Shown here one piece after another: positions 44,412 to 53,967 of a DNA stretch of 60,320 nt. The stretch is from positions 1-60,320 of the forward strand of contig CAZULB010000002.1 of the NCBI GenBank assembly GCA_964621155.1, written 5' to 3'. The first letter of the stretch is position 1. The number at the start of each line of letters is the position of its first letter. The notes under the pieces are model-generated. The model ran no database searches and was not told the origin of the DNA. It was given only the letters and a program-made list of their open reading frames with translations. The position numbers were made by a program, and so were the translations under genes. The DNA is from an uncultured bacterium. GTDB taxonomy: Bacteria; Krumholzibacteriota; Krumholzibacteriia; WVZY01; JAKEHA01.

Positions 44412-44987
44412 ATGGCCAACACGGCAGTTTCCACGGCTCTTGCTGCAGCAGTCTTCGCGGGTGGTTGTTTCTGGTGTGTCGAGGCGGTCTTCGAAGAGCT
44501 CGACGGCGTCCAGGATGCCGTCTCCGGCTATGCCGGAGGTTCGGCCGAAACCGCCAATTACGAGGCGGTTTGTTCCGGCACCACCGGTCATGCCGAGTCT
44601 GTGAAGATTCTCTACGATCCCAAGAAGATCACGTTCCGCAAGCTGCTCGAGGTCCACTTCGCGACGCATGATCCGACATCACTCAACCGCCAGGGTAACG
44701 ACGTCGGCACCCAGTATCGCAGCACGATCTTCTACGCCAACGAAGAGGAAAAGAAGGTTGCGCAGGACTACATCGACGAGTTGACGAAGAAGCATGCGTA
44801 CAACAAGCCCATCGTCACCACGCTCGAGCCGCTCAAGGGCTTCTACCCGGCGGAGACGTACCATCAGAACTACGTGTGCAACAACCCGAACCAGGGTTAC
44901 GTGCGCGCGGTGGCGCTGCCCAAGGTGGACAAGGTGCGTCACAAGTTCGCGGATGACCTGAAGGAAAAGTCACCGTTGGAAAAGTAG
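44412..44987 (+). CDS. msrA: Peptide-methionine (S)-S-oxide reductase MsrA
   Basis: It has the [12 protein letters not shown] active site plus [12 protein letters not shown] and [13 protein letters not shown]. An alternative GTG start exists at 44403. Confidence 0.9.
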   Translation: MANTAVSTALAAAVFAGGCFWCVEAVFEELDGVQDAVSGYAGGSAETANYEAVCSGTTGHAESVKILYDPKKITFRKLLEVHFATHDPTSLNRQGNDVGTQYRSTIFYANEEEKKVAQDYIDELTKKHAYNKPIVTTLEPLKGFYPAETYHQNYVCNNPNQGYVRAVALPKVDKVRHKFADDLKEKSPLEK

Positions 44988-45020
44988 CGAATCCGGCTGC
45001 CGGACTTGCTCACAGTGCGC

Positions 45021-45056
45021 GAAGCCCGCGTCTCGACAGGGGCGCGGGCTTTCCTG
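45021..45056 (+). terminator. Terminator-like hairpin after msrA
   Basis: The sequence is GAAGCCCGCG-tctcgacagggg-CGCGGGCTTTC. Confidence 0.6.
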
Positions 45057-45109
45057 TAACATGGCGTTTCGCGACGGCGCCCGCCGTCGCCATACCAAGG
45101 AGCAATTTC

Positions 45110-45301
45110 ATGGCAACTTACACATGCGACAAGTGCGGCATGAGCGTGGACATCACCTGCGCCAAGTGCGGCGAAGAGCTCGTGGCCGACTCGATCACCA
45201 AGGCCGACGGAATGAAGGTCCAGGTTTCCAAGTGCCCGGAGGGCCACGGCAAGATCAAGTCGCCGATGTGCTGCGGCCAGGACATGACCTGCGAAGTCTG
45301 A
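45110..45301 (+). CDS. 63-aa Cys-rich (8 Cys) putative zinc-ribbon protein
   Basis: A strong SD (CAAGGAGCAATTTC) precedes the ATG. The pairs CDKC, CAKC and a C-terminal CC..C suggest two metal sites. No family is recognised. Confidence 0.65.
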   Translation: MATYTCDKCGMSVDITCAKCGEELVADSITKADGMKVQVSKCPEGHGKIKSPMCCGQDMTCEV

Positions 45302-45314
45302 TCCGGCGCACGCG

Positions 45315-46577
45315 ATGCGAATGCCCCTCCACACGCGCGTCCTGATCGGCGCGCTTGCCGGTGCCGCTGCCGGCGCGCTTGCCTTTGCTTTCTTCCGGGA
45401 TTCACCCGGTCTCGATGCGTTCATAAAATACGCCGCCCAACCCGTGGGCCAGGTCTTCCTGCGCCTGCTCTTCATGCTCGTCGTTCCGCTCCTGTTCTCG
45501 GCGCTGGCGCTGGGCGTGGCGGGGCTGGGCGACGTGGGCGCGCTGGGCCGCATCGGTGTGCGCACGCTGCTCTACACCATCTGTGTTTCGACCATAGCGG
45601 TGCTGCTCGGCATCGCACTCGTCAACATCATCGGACCCGGGCGCGGCATCGACCCCGAACTGCGCGCGCGGCTGCTCGCTGAAACGGCCAATCGCGCCTC
45701 GGCGATTACGGCCGCGAAAACGTCCGCCACCGGGGTGAACCTGTTCGTGCAGATCATCCCCGATAATCCGCTCAAGGCCGCCGCCAACGGCGACATGCTG
45801 GGCTGGATGTTCTTCTCGCTCATGATCGGTGTGGGACTGTGTCTCACGCGCACGCCGGCAGCGCAGAAGTTCCAGGACGCGCTGGAAGGCCTGTACGAAG
45901 TGAGCATGAAGCTGATCGATATTGTGATCCGGTTTTCGCCCATCGGCGTGGCCGCGCTGCTCTTCACGCTCACGTCCACACTCGGCTACCAGATCCTGGC
46001 CCAGCTCGGGCGTTATGTGTTCGTGGTGGTGCTGGCGCTGGCCATTCATCAGTTCGTTGTTTACTCGCTGATGCTCGCGACACTGGGCCGCATGTCGCCG
46101 TGGAAGTTTTTCAAAGGCGTCGAGGAGGCCATGCTGGTTGCGTTCTCAACGGCGTCGTCGAACGCGACACTGCCCACGGCTTTGAAAGTCGCCGAAGAGA
46201 ATCTGAAGCTTCCGTCACAGGTGAGCCGTTTTGTACTGACCATCGGCTCTACTGCCAACCAAAACGGCACTGCGCTCTTCGAGGGCGTAACGGTACTGTT
46301 TCTGGCGCAGTTCTACGACATTCCCCTCACGTTCGCGCAGCAGCTCATGGTGGTTTCCATTTGCGTGTTGGGCGGCATCGGCACGGCCGGCGTTCCGGCC
46401 GGCTCGATTCCGGTCGTGGCCATGATCCTCGGAATGGTGGGCGTGCCGCTCGAGGGCCTCGGCCTCATTCTCGGGGTAGACCGCTTCCTCGACATGTGCC
46501 GCACCACACTCAATGTGACCGGCGACCTGGTGGCAGCGGTGGTGGTGTCGCGCGGGGAAAAGCCGGCGCCTTCGTGA
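45315..46577 (+). CDS. Dicarboxylate/amino acid:cation symporter (DAACS, GltP-like)
   Basis: It has 8 or more TM/hairpin segments. The motifs are SSNATLP and TANQNGTALFEG (NMDGTAL-like), and the length is 420 aa. Confidence 0.9.
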   Translation: MRMPLHTRVLIGALAGAAAGALAFAFFRDSPGLDAFIKYAAQPVGQVFLRLLFMLVVPLLFSALALGVAGLGDVGALGRIGVRTLLYTICVSTIAVLLGIALVNIIGPGRGIDPELRARLLAETANRASAITAAKTSATGVNLFVQIIPDNPLKAAANGDMLGWMFFSLMIGVGLCLTRTPAAQKFQDALEGLYEVSMKLIDIVIRFSPIGVAALLFTLTSTLGYQILAQLGRYVFVVVLALAIHQFVVYSLMLATLGRMSPWKFFKGVEEAMLVAFSTASSNATLPTALKVAEENLKLPSQVSRFVLTIGSTANQNGTALFEGVTVLFLAQFYDIPLTFAQQLMVVSICVLGGIGTAGVPAGSIPVVAMILGMVGVPLEGLGLILGVDRFLDMCRTTLNVTGDLVAAVVVSRGEKPAPS

Positions 46578-46661
46578 CGGGAGTCCGCGCTAGCCTGGTG
46601 CCGACAATGCCGGTCGGGAATGAACGGCATCTCACCAAGCGAATGAATGCACCGTGCAGAC

Positions 46662-46694
46662 AAAAACGGCCCGCAAGCGCGGGCCGTTGAAATT
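46662..46694. terminator. Bidirectional intrinsic terminator
   Basis: AAAAACGGCCCGC-aagc-GCGGGCCGTTGAAATT lies between convergent genes. Confidence 0.75.
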
Positions 46695-46724
46695 GATTGG
46701 AAGCGCTGCGCGCGACGCGAGCCT

Positions 46725-47396
46725 TCAGCTCACGTCTCTCCGCGACTCCGCAAACTTCTGATTCATCTGCTCGGTCGCCTCGTGGATGACTTCTTCTGAA
46801 TAATGCTTCCCATCGGCGGCCGCCTGACGGCGGACTTCTTCCTTCGTCACTCCGCCCCGGCGCGCGCGCCAATCCATGTCGTCGGCGTAGGCCTGTTCGA
46901 ACTTCGCTTTGAAGTTCTCCGCCGTCCAGTCGTCATAAGGCCCTTCGGGCTTTCGTGACTTGGCCAGCTCGAACAACGCCGGAATTGCCAGCGTCTTGTC
47001 GTAGTGCTTCTCCTGTCCGTCGCGGTGGTCGAGCGCACCCCCGGTCGGCGCGTTGGTCGCGGTGAAACTGTTCCCGGAAGTGCTCTTGCACACCATGTCC
47101 ACGAAGCAGCCCACGATGGGATGGTGATAGACGACGGCACAAATGTGCTCTTGAGGATTGGAGAATGCGGTCGCAATGACATTGAGCGGGTCGATGCGAT
47201 ATGTGCCGATGCGCTTCAGGCCGCACTGATCGAGGTCGTGTTTGCGCGCGATCAGATCCTTGGCGTGCTGCCCCCCCGCCGTGGCTGCAAACAGCTGAAT
47301 ACGCGGTGGCGCGTTGAACTTTGGCGCTTTCTTTTTCAGCGCGCGGACGACCAGCGAGAGGATAAAGAGGCCGGCAATGTAAACGATCGCATTCAT
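46725..47396 (-). CDS. Hypothetical N-terminally anchored protein downstream of the kinase
   Basis: GGAGGGG plus a 6-nt spacer precedes the ATG at 47396. It has a TM helix (MNAIVYIAGLFILSLVVRAL). The soluble domain has no recognised family. Confidence 0.6.
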   Translation of the reverse strand: MNAIVYIAGLFILSLVVRALKKKAPKFNAPPRIQLFAATAGGQHAKDLIARKHDLDQCGLKRIGTYRIDPLNVIATAFSNPQEHICAVVYHHPIVGCFVDMVCKSTSGNSFTATNAPTGGALDHRDGQEKHYDKTLAIPALFELAKSRKPEGPYDDWTAENFKAKFEQAYADDMDWRARRGGVTKEEVRRQAAADGKHYSEEVIHEATEQMNQKFAESRRDVS

Positions 47397-47461
47397 GGTG
47401 AACCCCTCCAGGGGAAGATTCACCATGAAAAGAGCAGAATGTATGCCAGCAGATTAACTGT

Positions 47462-49783
47462 TCAGGGAGCCGTCAGGCGGGCAAATCTTGCATCGCTGCG
47501 AATATTGTCCCACTCGGGCTCGATGCGCGCGCGGCCCAGCACAAAGGCTGCGGGACCCTGCAGGGCGCTTTGCAGCAGTTCCAGCGCTGCGTCGCTTTCG
47601 CCGCGCAAGGCATGGATGGCGCCTGCGTAATAGCGGGTCAGCGGCTCATCCGCCCCCAGCGCGCGCCGGCTTGCAAACGCATCAAGGCCGGCGGCAAACG
47701 CGGATTCCGCGCGGGAGGCGTCACCCAACGCCTGCCAGGCAGCCCCGAGCCGCATGTGGAGTTCGATGCGGATGCGCGAGCGCAGCGCGTGCTCGAGCCG
47801 CTCGGTGAACGCAAGCTCGCTGGCCAATGCGTCCGCGGATTCGCGGAACTTCTTTTTCAGAAACAGCACGTGCCCGAGGCGCATGTACGCCCCCACCACG
47901 TGAACGCCCTGCTGGCCGGAAAGAAAGCCCTCCTGCAGCTGAATGGCACGCCGTGCTGCTTTTTCGGCACCCTCCAACTCGCGCGTAAGCGCGAGTGCAT
48001 GTGACAACTGGAGCCAGTACCATCCGGCCTGCGGATCACGTTCCACCGCGCGACGGTAGAAAGCTGCTGCGGTTGCAAAATCGGCGCGGCCGATCAAATA
48101 CACACGTCCCATACCGCCCAGCACACGCGGGTCCTCAGGATTCGAGGCGAGCGCCCGCTCCAGGCATTCCATTGCTTCGTCCGCGCGCCCCAGTGCAAGG
48201 TACGTGATACCGAGCTCGCGCCACGCGCGCCCCGAATCCGGGCGTACGTCGAGCACGCGGCGCAACGTCACCCGCGCTTTCTCCAGCACGTCGTTGGAAG
48301 CGAGGTACTCGCCCTTCTGCTCGTACGCGGCTCCGAGCTCGATCTGGGCGCGCGCATAGTGGGGATCGAGCGCCAGCGCCCGTTCAAAAAGCAGAATGGC
48401 GCGCTCCATCGCTTCATAGCTGTCGGCGCGCATGTTGAGCAGTCCCTTGGACAGCGCCTCGTAGGCCGCCACCACCTGCGTCTCCGCACCGTCGCGTGTC
48501 TGCATGGCGGTGACGCGCAATGCTTCGGTCAGCTCGGCCACAATGCGATCCTGCAACTCGAAGATGCGGTCCAGATTGCCGTCATTCTTCAGTACGCGCA
48601 CCACGCGTTCTCCCGGCACATCGAGCACGCGCGCCGTGATGCGCACCTGCTCACCCAGGCGCTGAAAAGCGCCCGAAACCACCCACCGTGCCCCCAGCAT
48701 GCGTCCGAGTTGCGTCGCATCCTCCACCGCGAGCTCGCCCGATTCGACGCCGAGCCTGCGCAGGTTCTCGCGCAGGCGTTCGCGTCCCCATACGTCAAAG
48801 CCTTCCACTTCCTGGAGCGCCGCCGTCACCGTCTCGGCGAGACCGGTGCCCAGCCATTCGTCCTGTCCGTTACCGGTCAGATTGGCGAAGCCTGTAATCG
48901 CCACCCGTTCTCCCCCATCCCCGGAGGGCGCGGCAAACACGCCGCTGCGCAGGCGATTCATCAGAGTCGACACGTCGTGAAGATTCTTCAATCGTTCGTC
49001 GCGGGAACGCGCCAGCATGCGCTGGACCAGCCGCTCCATTTCTGGAAAGCGCGGGTCGGAGAATCGAACCGGCAGCGGCGGCGGATCACGGTGCAGAATC
49101 GAATCCGCCACCTGCACCAGATTGTTGCCGTCAAAAGGACGGCGGCCAGCGAGCATTTCGTAAAGAACGACACCGAGCGAAAATACGTCCGAGCGGGCGT
49201 CGAGCGGATGCCCGAGCGCCTGCTCGGGTGACATATAGTAGAGCGTCCCCGCAAAACCGGCCGGGTGGTCGTCGGCGCGCGTCCATGTTCTCGCATCGGG
49301 CGCCACCACCGGTTGCAGTCGCGCGAGACCGAAGTCGAGAATCTTGACACGCCCCTGCGCCACCATAAGATTGGTGGGCTTGATGTCGCGGTGCACCACG
49401 CCGCGCTCGTGCGCACTCGCCAGACCGTCCGCCGCCTGCGCGCCGATGTCGAGAATCTCGTCGAAAGAAAGCGCCGACGTAGCGATCAGGTCCGCCAGCG
49501 TGCGACCGGGCACGTACTCCATCGCCAGCAGGTACACACGCCCTTCGGGCAGGTCGCATACTTCGACATCGTAGATAACCGCGATGTTGGGATGGTTGAG
49601 AACCGAGGCCGCGCGCGCTTCGTTGAACAGGCGCGCTTCGGCGGCGCCGTCTGCCTGCGAGCGCAGGAGCTTGAGTGCCACCTGGCGGTGCAGACGCACA
49701 TCTTCCGCCAGGTAGACCTCTCCCATTCCACCCTGACCGAGGCGCTCGATGATGCGGTAGTGAGAGATGGTGGTGCCGATCAT
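47462..49783 (-). CDS. Ser/Thr protein kinase with central sensor-like domain and C-terminal TPR repeats
   Basis: It has the G-loop LGQGGMGEVY, VALK, the catalytic loop HRDIKPTNL, DFG, and the P+1 motif TLYYMSPEQ. The C-terminal ~330 aa are TPR repeats. Confidence 0.9.
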   Translation of the reverse strand: MIGTTISHYRIIERLGQGGMGEVYLAEDVRLHRQVALKLLRSQADGAAEARLFNEARAASVLNHPNIAVIYDVEVCDLPEGRVYLLAMEYVPGRTLADLIATSALSFDEILDIGAQAADGLASAHERGVVHRDIKPTNLMVAQGRVKILDFGLARLQPVVAPDARTWTRADDHPAGFAGTLYYMSPEQALGHPLDARSDVFSLGVVLYEMLAGRRPFDGNNLVQVADSILHRDPPPLPVRFSDPRFPEMERLVQRMLARSRDERLKNLHDVSTLMNRLRSGVFAAPSGDGGERVAITGFANLTGNGQDEWLGTGLAETVTAALQEVEGFDVWGRERLRENLRRLGVESGELAVEDATQLGRMLGARWVVSGAFQRLGEQVRITARVLDVPGERVVRVLKNDGNLDRIFELQDRIVAELTEALRVTAMQTRDGAETQVVAAYEALSKGLLNMRADSYEAMERAILLFERALALDPHYARAQIELGAAYEQKGEYLASNDVLEKARVTLRRVLDVRPDSGRAWRELGITYLALGRADEAMECLERALASNPEDPRVLGGMGRVYLIGRADFATAAAFYRRAVERDPQAGWYWLQLSHALALTRELEGAEKAARRAIQLQEGFLSGQQGVHVVGAYMRLGHVLFLKKKFRESADALASELAFTERLEHALRSRIRIELHMRLGAAWQALGDASRAESAFAAGLDAFASRRALGADEPLTRYYAGAIHALRGESDAALELLQSALQGPAAFVLGRARIEPEWDNIRSDARFARLTAP

Positions 49784-49867
49784 GCTGTCATGATATGACG
49801 CACGTGACCGCTACCGCAACGACGTCGGGAGTGTTAGGTTAGTCGGCGGCATAGCAAGGAGGCCAAC

Positions 49868-50260
49868 ATGCCAAAGAAATGGTTGTTTCCACTTCTATTG
49901 CTCACACTTGCGTGCGGGTCTTCGGGGCTCGATCGCGCCGAGATCAGCAAACAGGCGACACTCGACGCCGACGGGGTGCAGCGCATCGACGTTGAAATGC
50001 ACAGCTATTACTTCGAACCCAACAAGATCATCGTCAAGGCGGGAGCGCCGGTTGAGATCAAGCTGCACAACTGCTCGCACATCGTTCCACACAACTTCAC
50101 GATTTCATCGGGAGATATCGTCGCCAGTGACGACAAATGGGGCTGGGGTACGGGCCACGTGCGCTTCACGCCCACCAAGCCCGGCGAGTATCATTTCTTC
50201 TGCAAGAAGGACAGTCACGAGAAGAAAGGCATGGCAGGCACGTTGGTCGTTGAAGAGTGA
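49868..50260 (+). CDS. Cupredoxin (type-1 copper) lipoprotein
   Basis: AAGGAGG is followed by the ATG, and it has a lipobox (LTLAC). The copper ligands fit the pattern H(N)...C-x4-H-x4-M, seen as VPHNF and YHFFCKKDSHEKKGMAG. Confidence 0.8.
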   Translation: MPKKWLFPLLLLTLACGSSGLDRAEISKQATLDADGVQRIDVEMHSYYFEPNKIIVKAGAPVEIKLHNCSHIVPHNFTISSGDIVASDDKWGWGTGHVRFTPTKPGEYHFFCKKDSHEKKGMAGTLVVEE

Positions 50261-50716
50261 CAGGGGTTCGCTCAGCGCTCAACCTTCGTATTTCTGGTCG
50301 CGCGTTTTCATCCGAGAGCGCCGTGATGGGAGTCTGGACCTGGATGCGGGTGTCCTGATCCGGTCGCGACGTGATGGTCAGGGTTCCTTCGACCGGGAAG
50401 GCAGTCGGTGTTGACACACACGGCCGGCAAGTTCACTGCGTCTTCCGCAACGGAGAGGCTGCTGGTTCAGATGGGTGCGCCGTTCCTTTGGTTTGTGCTT
50501 TACTTCCACTGGCAACGCGCTTCCTAAACGGAAACGCCAGACGGGCCAACGCGAGCGGTGAAGCCGCCTCCAACCGGGAGATGTCACCCTTTGCGAACGC
50601 ATCCCGTCGCCGGTGGTCGGAAATATCAATGGAACATCCTGATTGCCTGCCCGGCAATCATGGGTAGGAAACACCGTTTGCACCCTGCTTTCCGGCGGGC
50701 ATGCACCAGGGAATAC

Positions 50717-51523
50717 ATGTCACTCATCAGGAAACTCGTGGTGTTGGTTGGGGTTGTTGCATTGGCCTTCGTGGCGCCCATGACAGATGCCGGAGCGGAG
50801 TCTCCGTACGAACTCAATCGTTCGCAGGAATGGTTTTGGATGGGGCTGGGGTTGTCCCTGTGCGCCGGCGGCCTCTATGCAGCGAGCAACGTGCCGCCGC
50901 TCACCCCGACCGAGATTCAGGCCCTCGATATTTCGAACATCAACTCCTTCGACCGCGGGACGATGCAGCCGTTTCGCGATGACCACGCCGGCGATGCGCT
51001 TGCGTTCGGTTCATTCCTGCTGCCGTTCACTTTTCTCGCCCGCGATGACATGCGTGATGATGCCGGAACCCTCGGAGCGATGTGGTTGGAAGCGGCCGTG
51101 TGGAGCGAAGGGCTGGTGGCGGTCACGAAGAGTATCGCGAGGCGCACGCGGCCATATGCGTATGATCCCGGCGCGCCCGACTATCTCAAGAGCCAGACCG
51201 AAGCGCGTCTCTCGTTCTATTCCGCGCACACCACCGGGGCGGCGATGAACTGCGTCTTCATGGCCAAAGTCTTTTCGGACTACTCATCGAACCGCAACGC
51301 GGAAATCGCCATGTGGAGCGGGGCCATTCTGTACCCGGCTCTGGTTGGGTACTTCCGTGTCGATTCCGGCCATCACTTCACCACCGACGCCATACTCGGT
51401 CTCGTGGTCGGCGGCGCCGTTGGTTACCTCGTTCCCGCGCTTCATCAACGCGATACCGGTCCTTCGGTTGCGCCGGCATCGAACAACGGAGGCTTTGGCT
51501 TCAGCGCGACGTTTTCGTTCTAG
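50717..51523 (+). CDS. PAP2-family membrane phosphatase
   Basis: The ATG at 50717 gives a signal/anchor MSLIRKLVVLVGVVALAFVAP. The PAP2 motifs are KSIARRTRPY, SFYSAHT and VDSGHHFTTD. Confidence 0.8.
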   Translation: MSLIRKLVVLVGVVALAFVAPMTDAGAESPYELNRSQEWFWMGLGLSLCAGGLYAASNVPPLTPTEIQALDISNINSFDRGTMQPFRDDHAGDALAFGSFLLPFTFLARDDMRDDAGTLGAMWLEAAVWSEGLVAVTKSIARRTRPYAYDPGAPDYLKSQTEARLSFYSAHTTGAAMNCVFMAKVFSDYSSNRNAEIAMWSGAILYPALVGYFRVDSGHHFTTDAILGLVVGGAVGYLVPALHQRDTGPSVAPASNNGGFGFSATFSF

Positions 51524-51563
51524 TCACCGGTTGCGCGCGTGGAAGCCGTGCTACACTCCCGCC

Positions 51564-52643
51564 GTGAGAAGCGCCTTCTGGAAGATGCTTCCGGTGTTGC
51601 TGGTCGGCCTCGTCCCCGGAGTGACTGCCCTCGCGCAGCCCGTCGCCGGCCAGGGCTACTTCTACCGCAGTCTGCCCTACGGATCCGACGCGTCGTTCCA
51701 TCCCGTGAGCGAAGTGATCAACGGCGCTTTCGGAATCATGCAGATATCGACCAACTGGGCGCCCCTCGACCAGATCGACTGGAAGCAGGGCCTCGCCATC
51801 ACATGGCGCAGCATCACGCACGCCGAGAGCACCATCGACGCCTACGGGCGCGCGGATTTCATCCACGACAATATTGTTCCCGACCGCGTCGGTTGGAACA
51901 ATCTCCAGTACGTTCCCAACTACTGCCTGCATCTCGTCGGCGGCGGGGCGCGCCATCGCGCGTTCACCGAATGGTATGACGCGCACAGCTATCCGGCGCC
52001 GTGGGCCTGGGCGTGGGGAACGACCATCGCGCACGCGTTTGCCGTGGAAGCCGTCGAACATTACAACGAGACGGTGCCGACGGTGGATCCGGTGGCGGAC
52101 ATGCTGCTGTTCGATCCCGCCGGCGCACTGCTTTTCACCAGCGACCACGTGGCCCGCTTCTTCTCTCAAACATTGCACATGGGCATCTGGTCGGGGCAAC
52201 CCGCGTACAACCCGGTCGCCAACACGTTCGAGAATGCCGGAGAAAACTACGGGCTGCATTATTTCTTCGGTCAGCATCGGGTCGGTCTGTTTTCGTACTG
52301 GGGCATGAGCCATCTCTTCGGCGTCACGGTGCGCAGCGACGGTGCCTTCGACTGGTCGGTGGGTGTGGGAGGCGCGGTCGACGAACTGCACGAGCGTGAC
52401 CGCGGAGCACTCTTCCCCCGCGTCAAGCTGGATGCGGGCGCGTTCATACACAAGAACAGCTCCCTGCTCGCGTCCGTCCAGGTATCGCAGTCGTGGTCGC
52501 AGCCGTTCCGGCTCACGATGTATCCGGGCATGTTCAGCGTGGGCAGCCTGACGCCGGGCTTCTACACCGGCGTGCGCGGCAACGATGTCATCCTCGGCGT
52601 GAGCTTTTCTCGCCTTCCAGTCGGCCTCGCAATTTCGAACTAG
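51564..52643 (+). CDS. Hypothetical secreted protein (359 aa), aromatic-rich
   Basis: A GTG at 51564 (or ATG at 51585) gives a signal peptide ..MLPVLLVGLVPGVTALAQP. The composition is diverse (many W/Y/F/N), whereas the antisense ORF 51501..52850 is Arg/His-rich. No family is recognised. Confidence 0.6.
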   Translation: MRSAFWKMLPVLLVGLVPGVTALAQPVAGQGYFYRSLPYGSDASFHPVSEVINGAFGIMQISTNWAPLDQIDWKQGLAITWRSITHAESTIDAYGRADFIHDNIVPDRVGWNNLQYVPNYCLHLVGGGARHRAFTEWYDAHSYPAPWAWAWGTTIAHAFAVEAVEHYNETVPTVDPVADMLLFDPAGALLFTSDHVARFFSQTLHMGIWSGQPAYNPVANTFENAGENYGLHYFFGQHRVGLFSYWGMSHLFGVTVRSDGAFDWSVGVGGAVDELHERDRGALFPRVKLDAGAFIHKNSSLLASVQVSQSWSQPFRLTMYPGMFSVGSLTPGFYTGVRGNDVILGVSFSRLPVGLAISN

Positions 52644-53814
52644 TCTCCTCCAGGATTCCCCGCAGAATTTCGGCCGCCAGCGCGTTCCCGCGCAGATTGG
52701 GGTGACTGTCTTTCTTGAAGTAGAGGGTTCCCCGGGCGGCGGCGGCGCGGAACTGATCCGCCGGATACACGAACTCGATCCCATGCGCCGCGCAGTACGC
52801 AGTGAGGCGGTGGTAGGGATATCCCATGTCGAGGCGCGACGGATCGGCATGCGTCCCCTTGATCACTTCCTCACGCCAGGCGTTGTCGATTTCCAGCTTG
52901 AGTGGCATCGCAAAGACGATGAACCGCGCGGAATCCGCGCGGCAGTCGGCTGCAAAGCGTGAAAGCAACGCCTCCGTCACTCTCCAGGCCGCCTCGGTCG
53001 CATCGTCGGGCGGACTCTCATACGCCGACCAGTGCGACAGGTCTCGATAGGATTCGAAACCGTGGAGCTGCTGTGACGTCTCCTCGTGTACCTGGCGCTG
53101 GTATGCACGGCGCATCAACCGGCGCCTGGCAAACACCAGGAACCGGCTTCTGTGCGCCACGGACCTGAGGCGAGACTCGAGGCTGGGAGGAGGCAAGGGC
53201 GCGGGTGGAATCATGACCAGTGCATGGCCCGCCAGCTGGAAACGCGGCTTGGTGCCACCTTCGAGCAGCGCACCACCCAGCGCATTGTTGACGATATCGT
53301 TGCCCACCGTGAAGCTGAGCACAACCACGTCGGGCCGGAGCCGGCGCAGGCGGTGCTCGTAGAAGAGCATCTCCTGGTCGTTCCCCCAGCCGGGGACACC
53401 CGCGTTGATCACCTCGACGTCGTCGCCGAGTTTGTGACCAAGGAGATCGGAGAAACGCTCTCCCACGTCCACCCCGGTGCCGAATGCAATCGAATCGCCC
53501 ACGATCAGAATGCGCCTGCGCCCGGGGGTCCGGGCCACGGCGACTTCCCGTTCGCGCAGCCCCAGCGAGTCGATATCGATGTGGTTGTGAATCCCGCGCT
53601 CGGTGACATCGGTGGTGACCGATGCTCCGGGAATGAGGCTCCAGCCGAGGAGTGGATCGTAGCGAATGAAGCTGCGGACAATCGACGGGTGGTAGACGAG
53701 GCGCAGTACCACCTCGGTGCTGATCAGGAGCGCCACCACGGTGGCGAACAGGATCGCGGCGTTGGTACGGCTATTTGTGGAAGAAAGACTTTTTTGGGCC
53801 GACAAGAGGACCAC
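52588..53814 (-). CDS. Membrane-anchored SGNH/GDSL-type hydrolase (paralog of 39882..41090)
   Basis: It has an N-terminal TM helix (AAILFATVVALLISTEVVLRLV), block I ILIVGDSIAFGTG and a C-terminal DSHPN. Its 3' end overlaps the convergent gene by 56 nt. Confidence 0.7.
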   Translation of the reverse strand: MVLLSAQKSLSSTNSRTNAAILFATVVALLISTEVVLRLVYHPSIVRSFIRYDPLLGWSLIPGASVTTDVTERGIHNHIDIDSLGLREREVAVARTPGRRRILIVGDSIAFGTGVDVGERFSDLLGHKLGDDVEVINAGVPGWGNDQEMLFYEHRLRRLRPDVVVLSFTVGNDIVNNALGGALLEGGTKPRFQLAGHALVMIPPAPLPPPSLESRLRSVAHRSRFLVFARRRLMRRAYQRQVHEETSQQLHGFESYRDLSHWSAYESPPDDATEAAWRVTEALLSRFAADCRADSARFIVFAMPLKLEIDNAWREEVIKGTHADPSRLDMGYPYHRLTAYCAAHGIEFVYPADQFRAAAARGTLYFKKDSHPNLRGNALAAEILRGILEETSSKLRGRLEGEKSSRRG

Positions 53815-53967
53815 TTCCGCCCATGCCCCACCGCCATACTAGCACCCGAGGCACCCCTGTCAAGTTGGCCGCCCGGTCAAAACTCCCGATCTTTTTTGCT
53901 TCGGTTCTGCGCCGATTCCGTGTTTAATGCCTCTGCCCGGATCTTCCTGATCCCGACAAACCATCTT

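Noticed and set aside
50376-50408. SRP (4.5S) RNA domain-IV-like text GGTCAGG...CCGGGAAGGCAG
   Set aside because: There is no GGAA tetraloop closed by the conserved helix, no symmetric/asymmetric loop arrangement and no flanking long helix.
51501-52850. 449-aa minus-strand ORF
   Set aside because: The opposite (plus) frame has a signal peptide and diverse W/Y/F/N-rich composition. The minus frame is R/H/A-rich.
53086-53967. N-terminal 294 codons of the 661-aa ORF that contains rho
   Set aside because: This stretch is antisense to the SGNH hydrolase gene and is Arg/His-rich. Rho-like sequence begins only at the ATG at 53968 (MPSTQVSGVVEVVNGRGGFLR).
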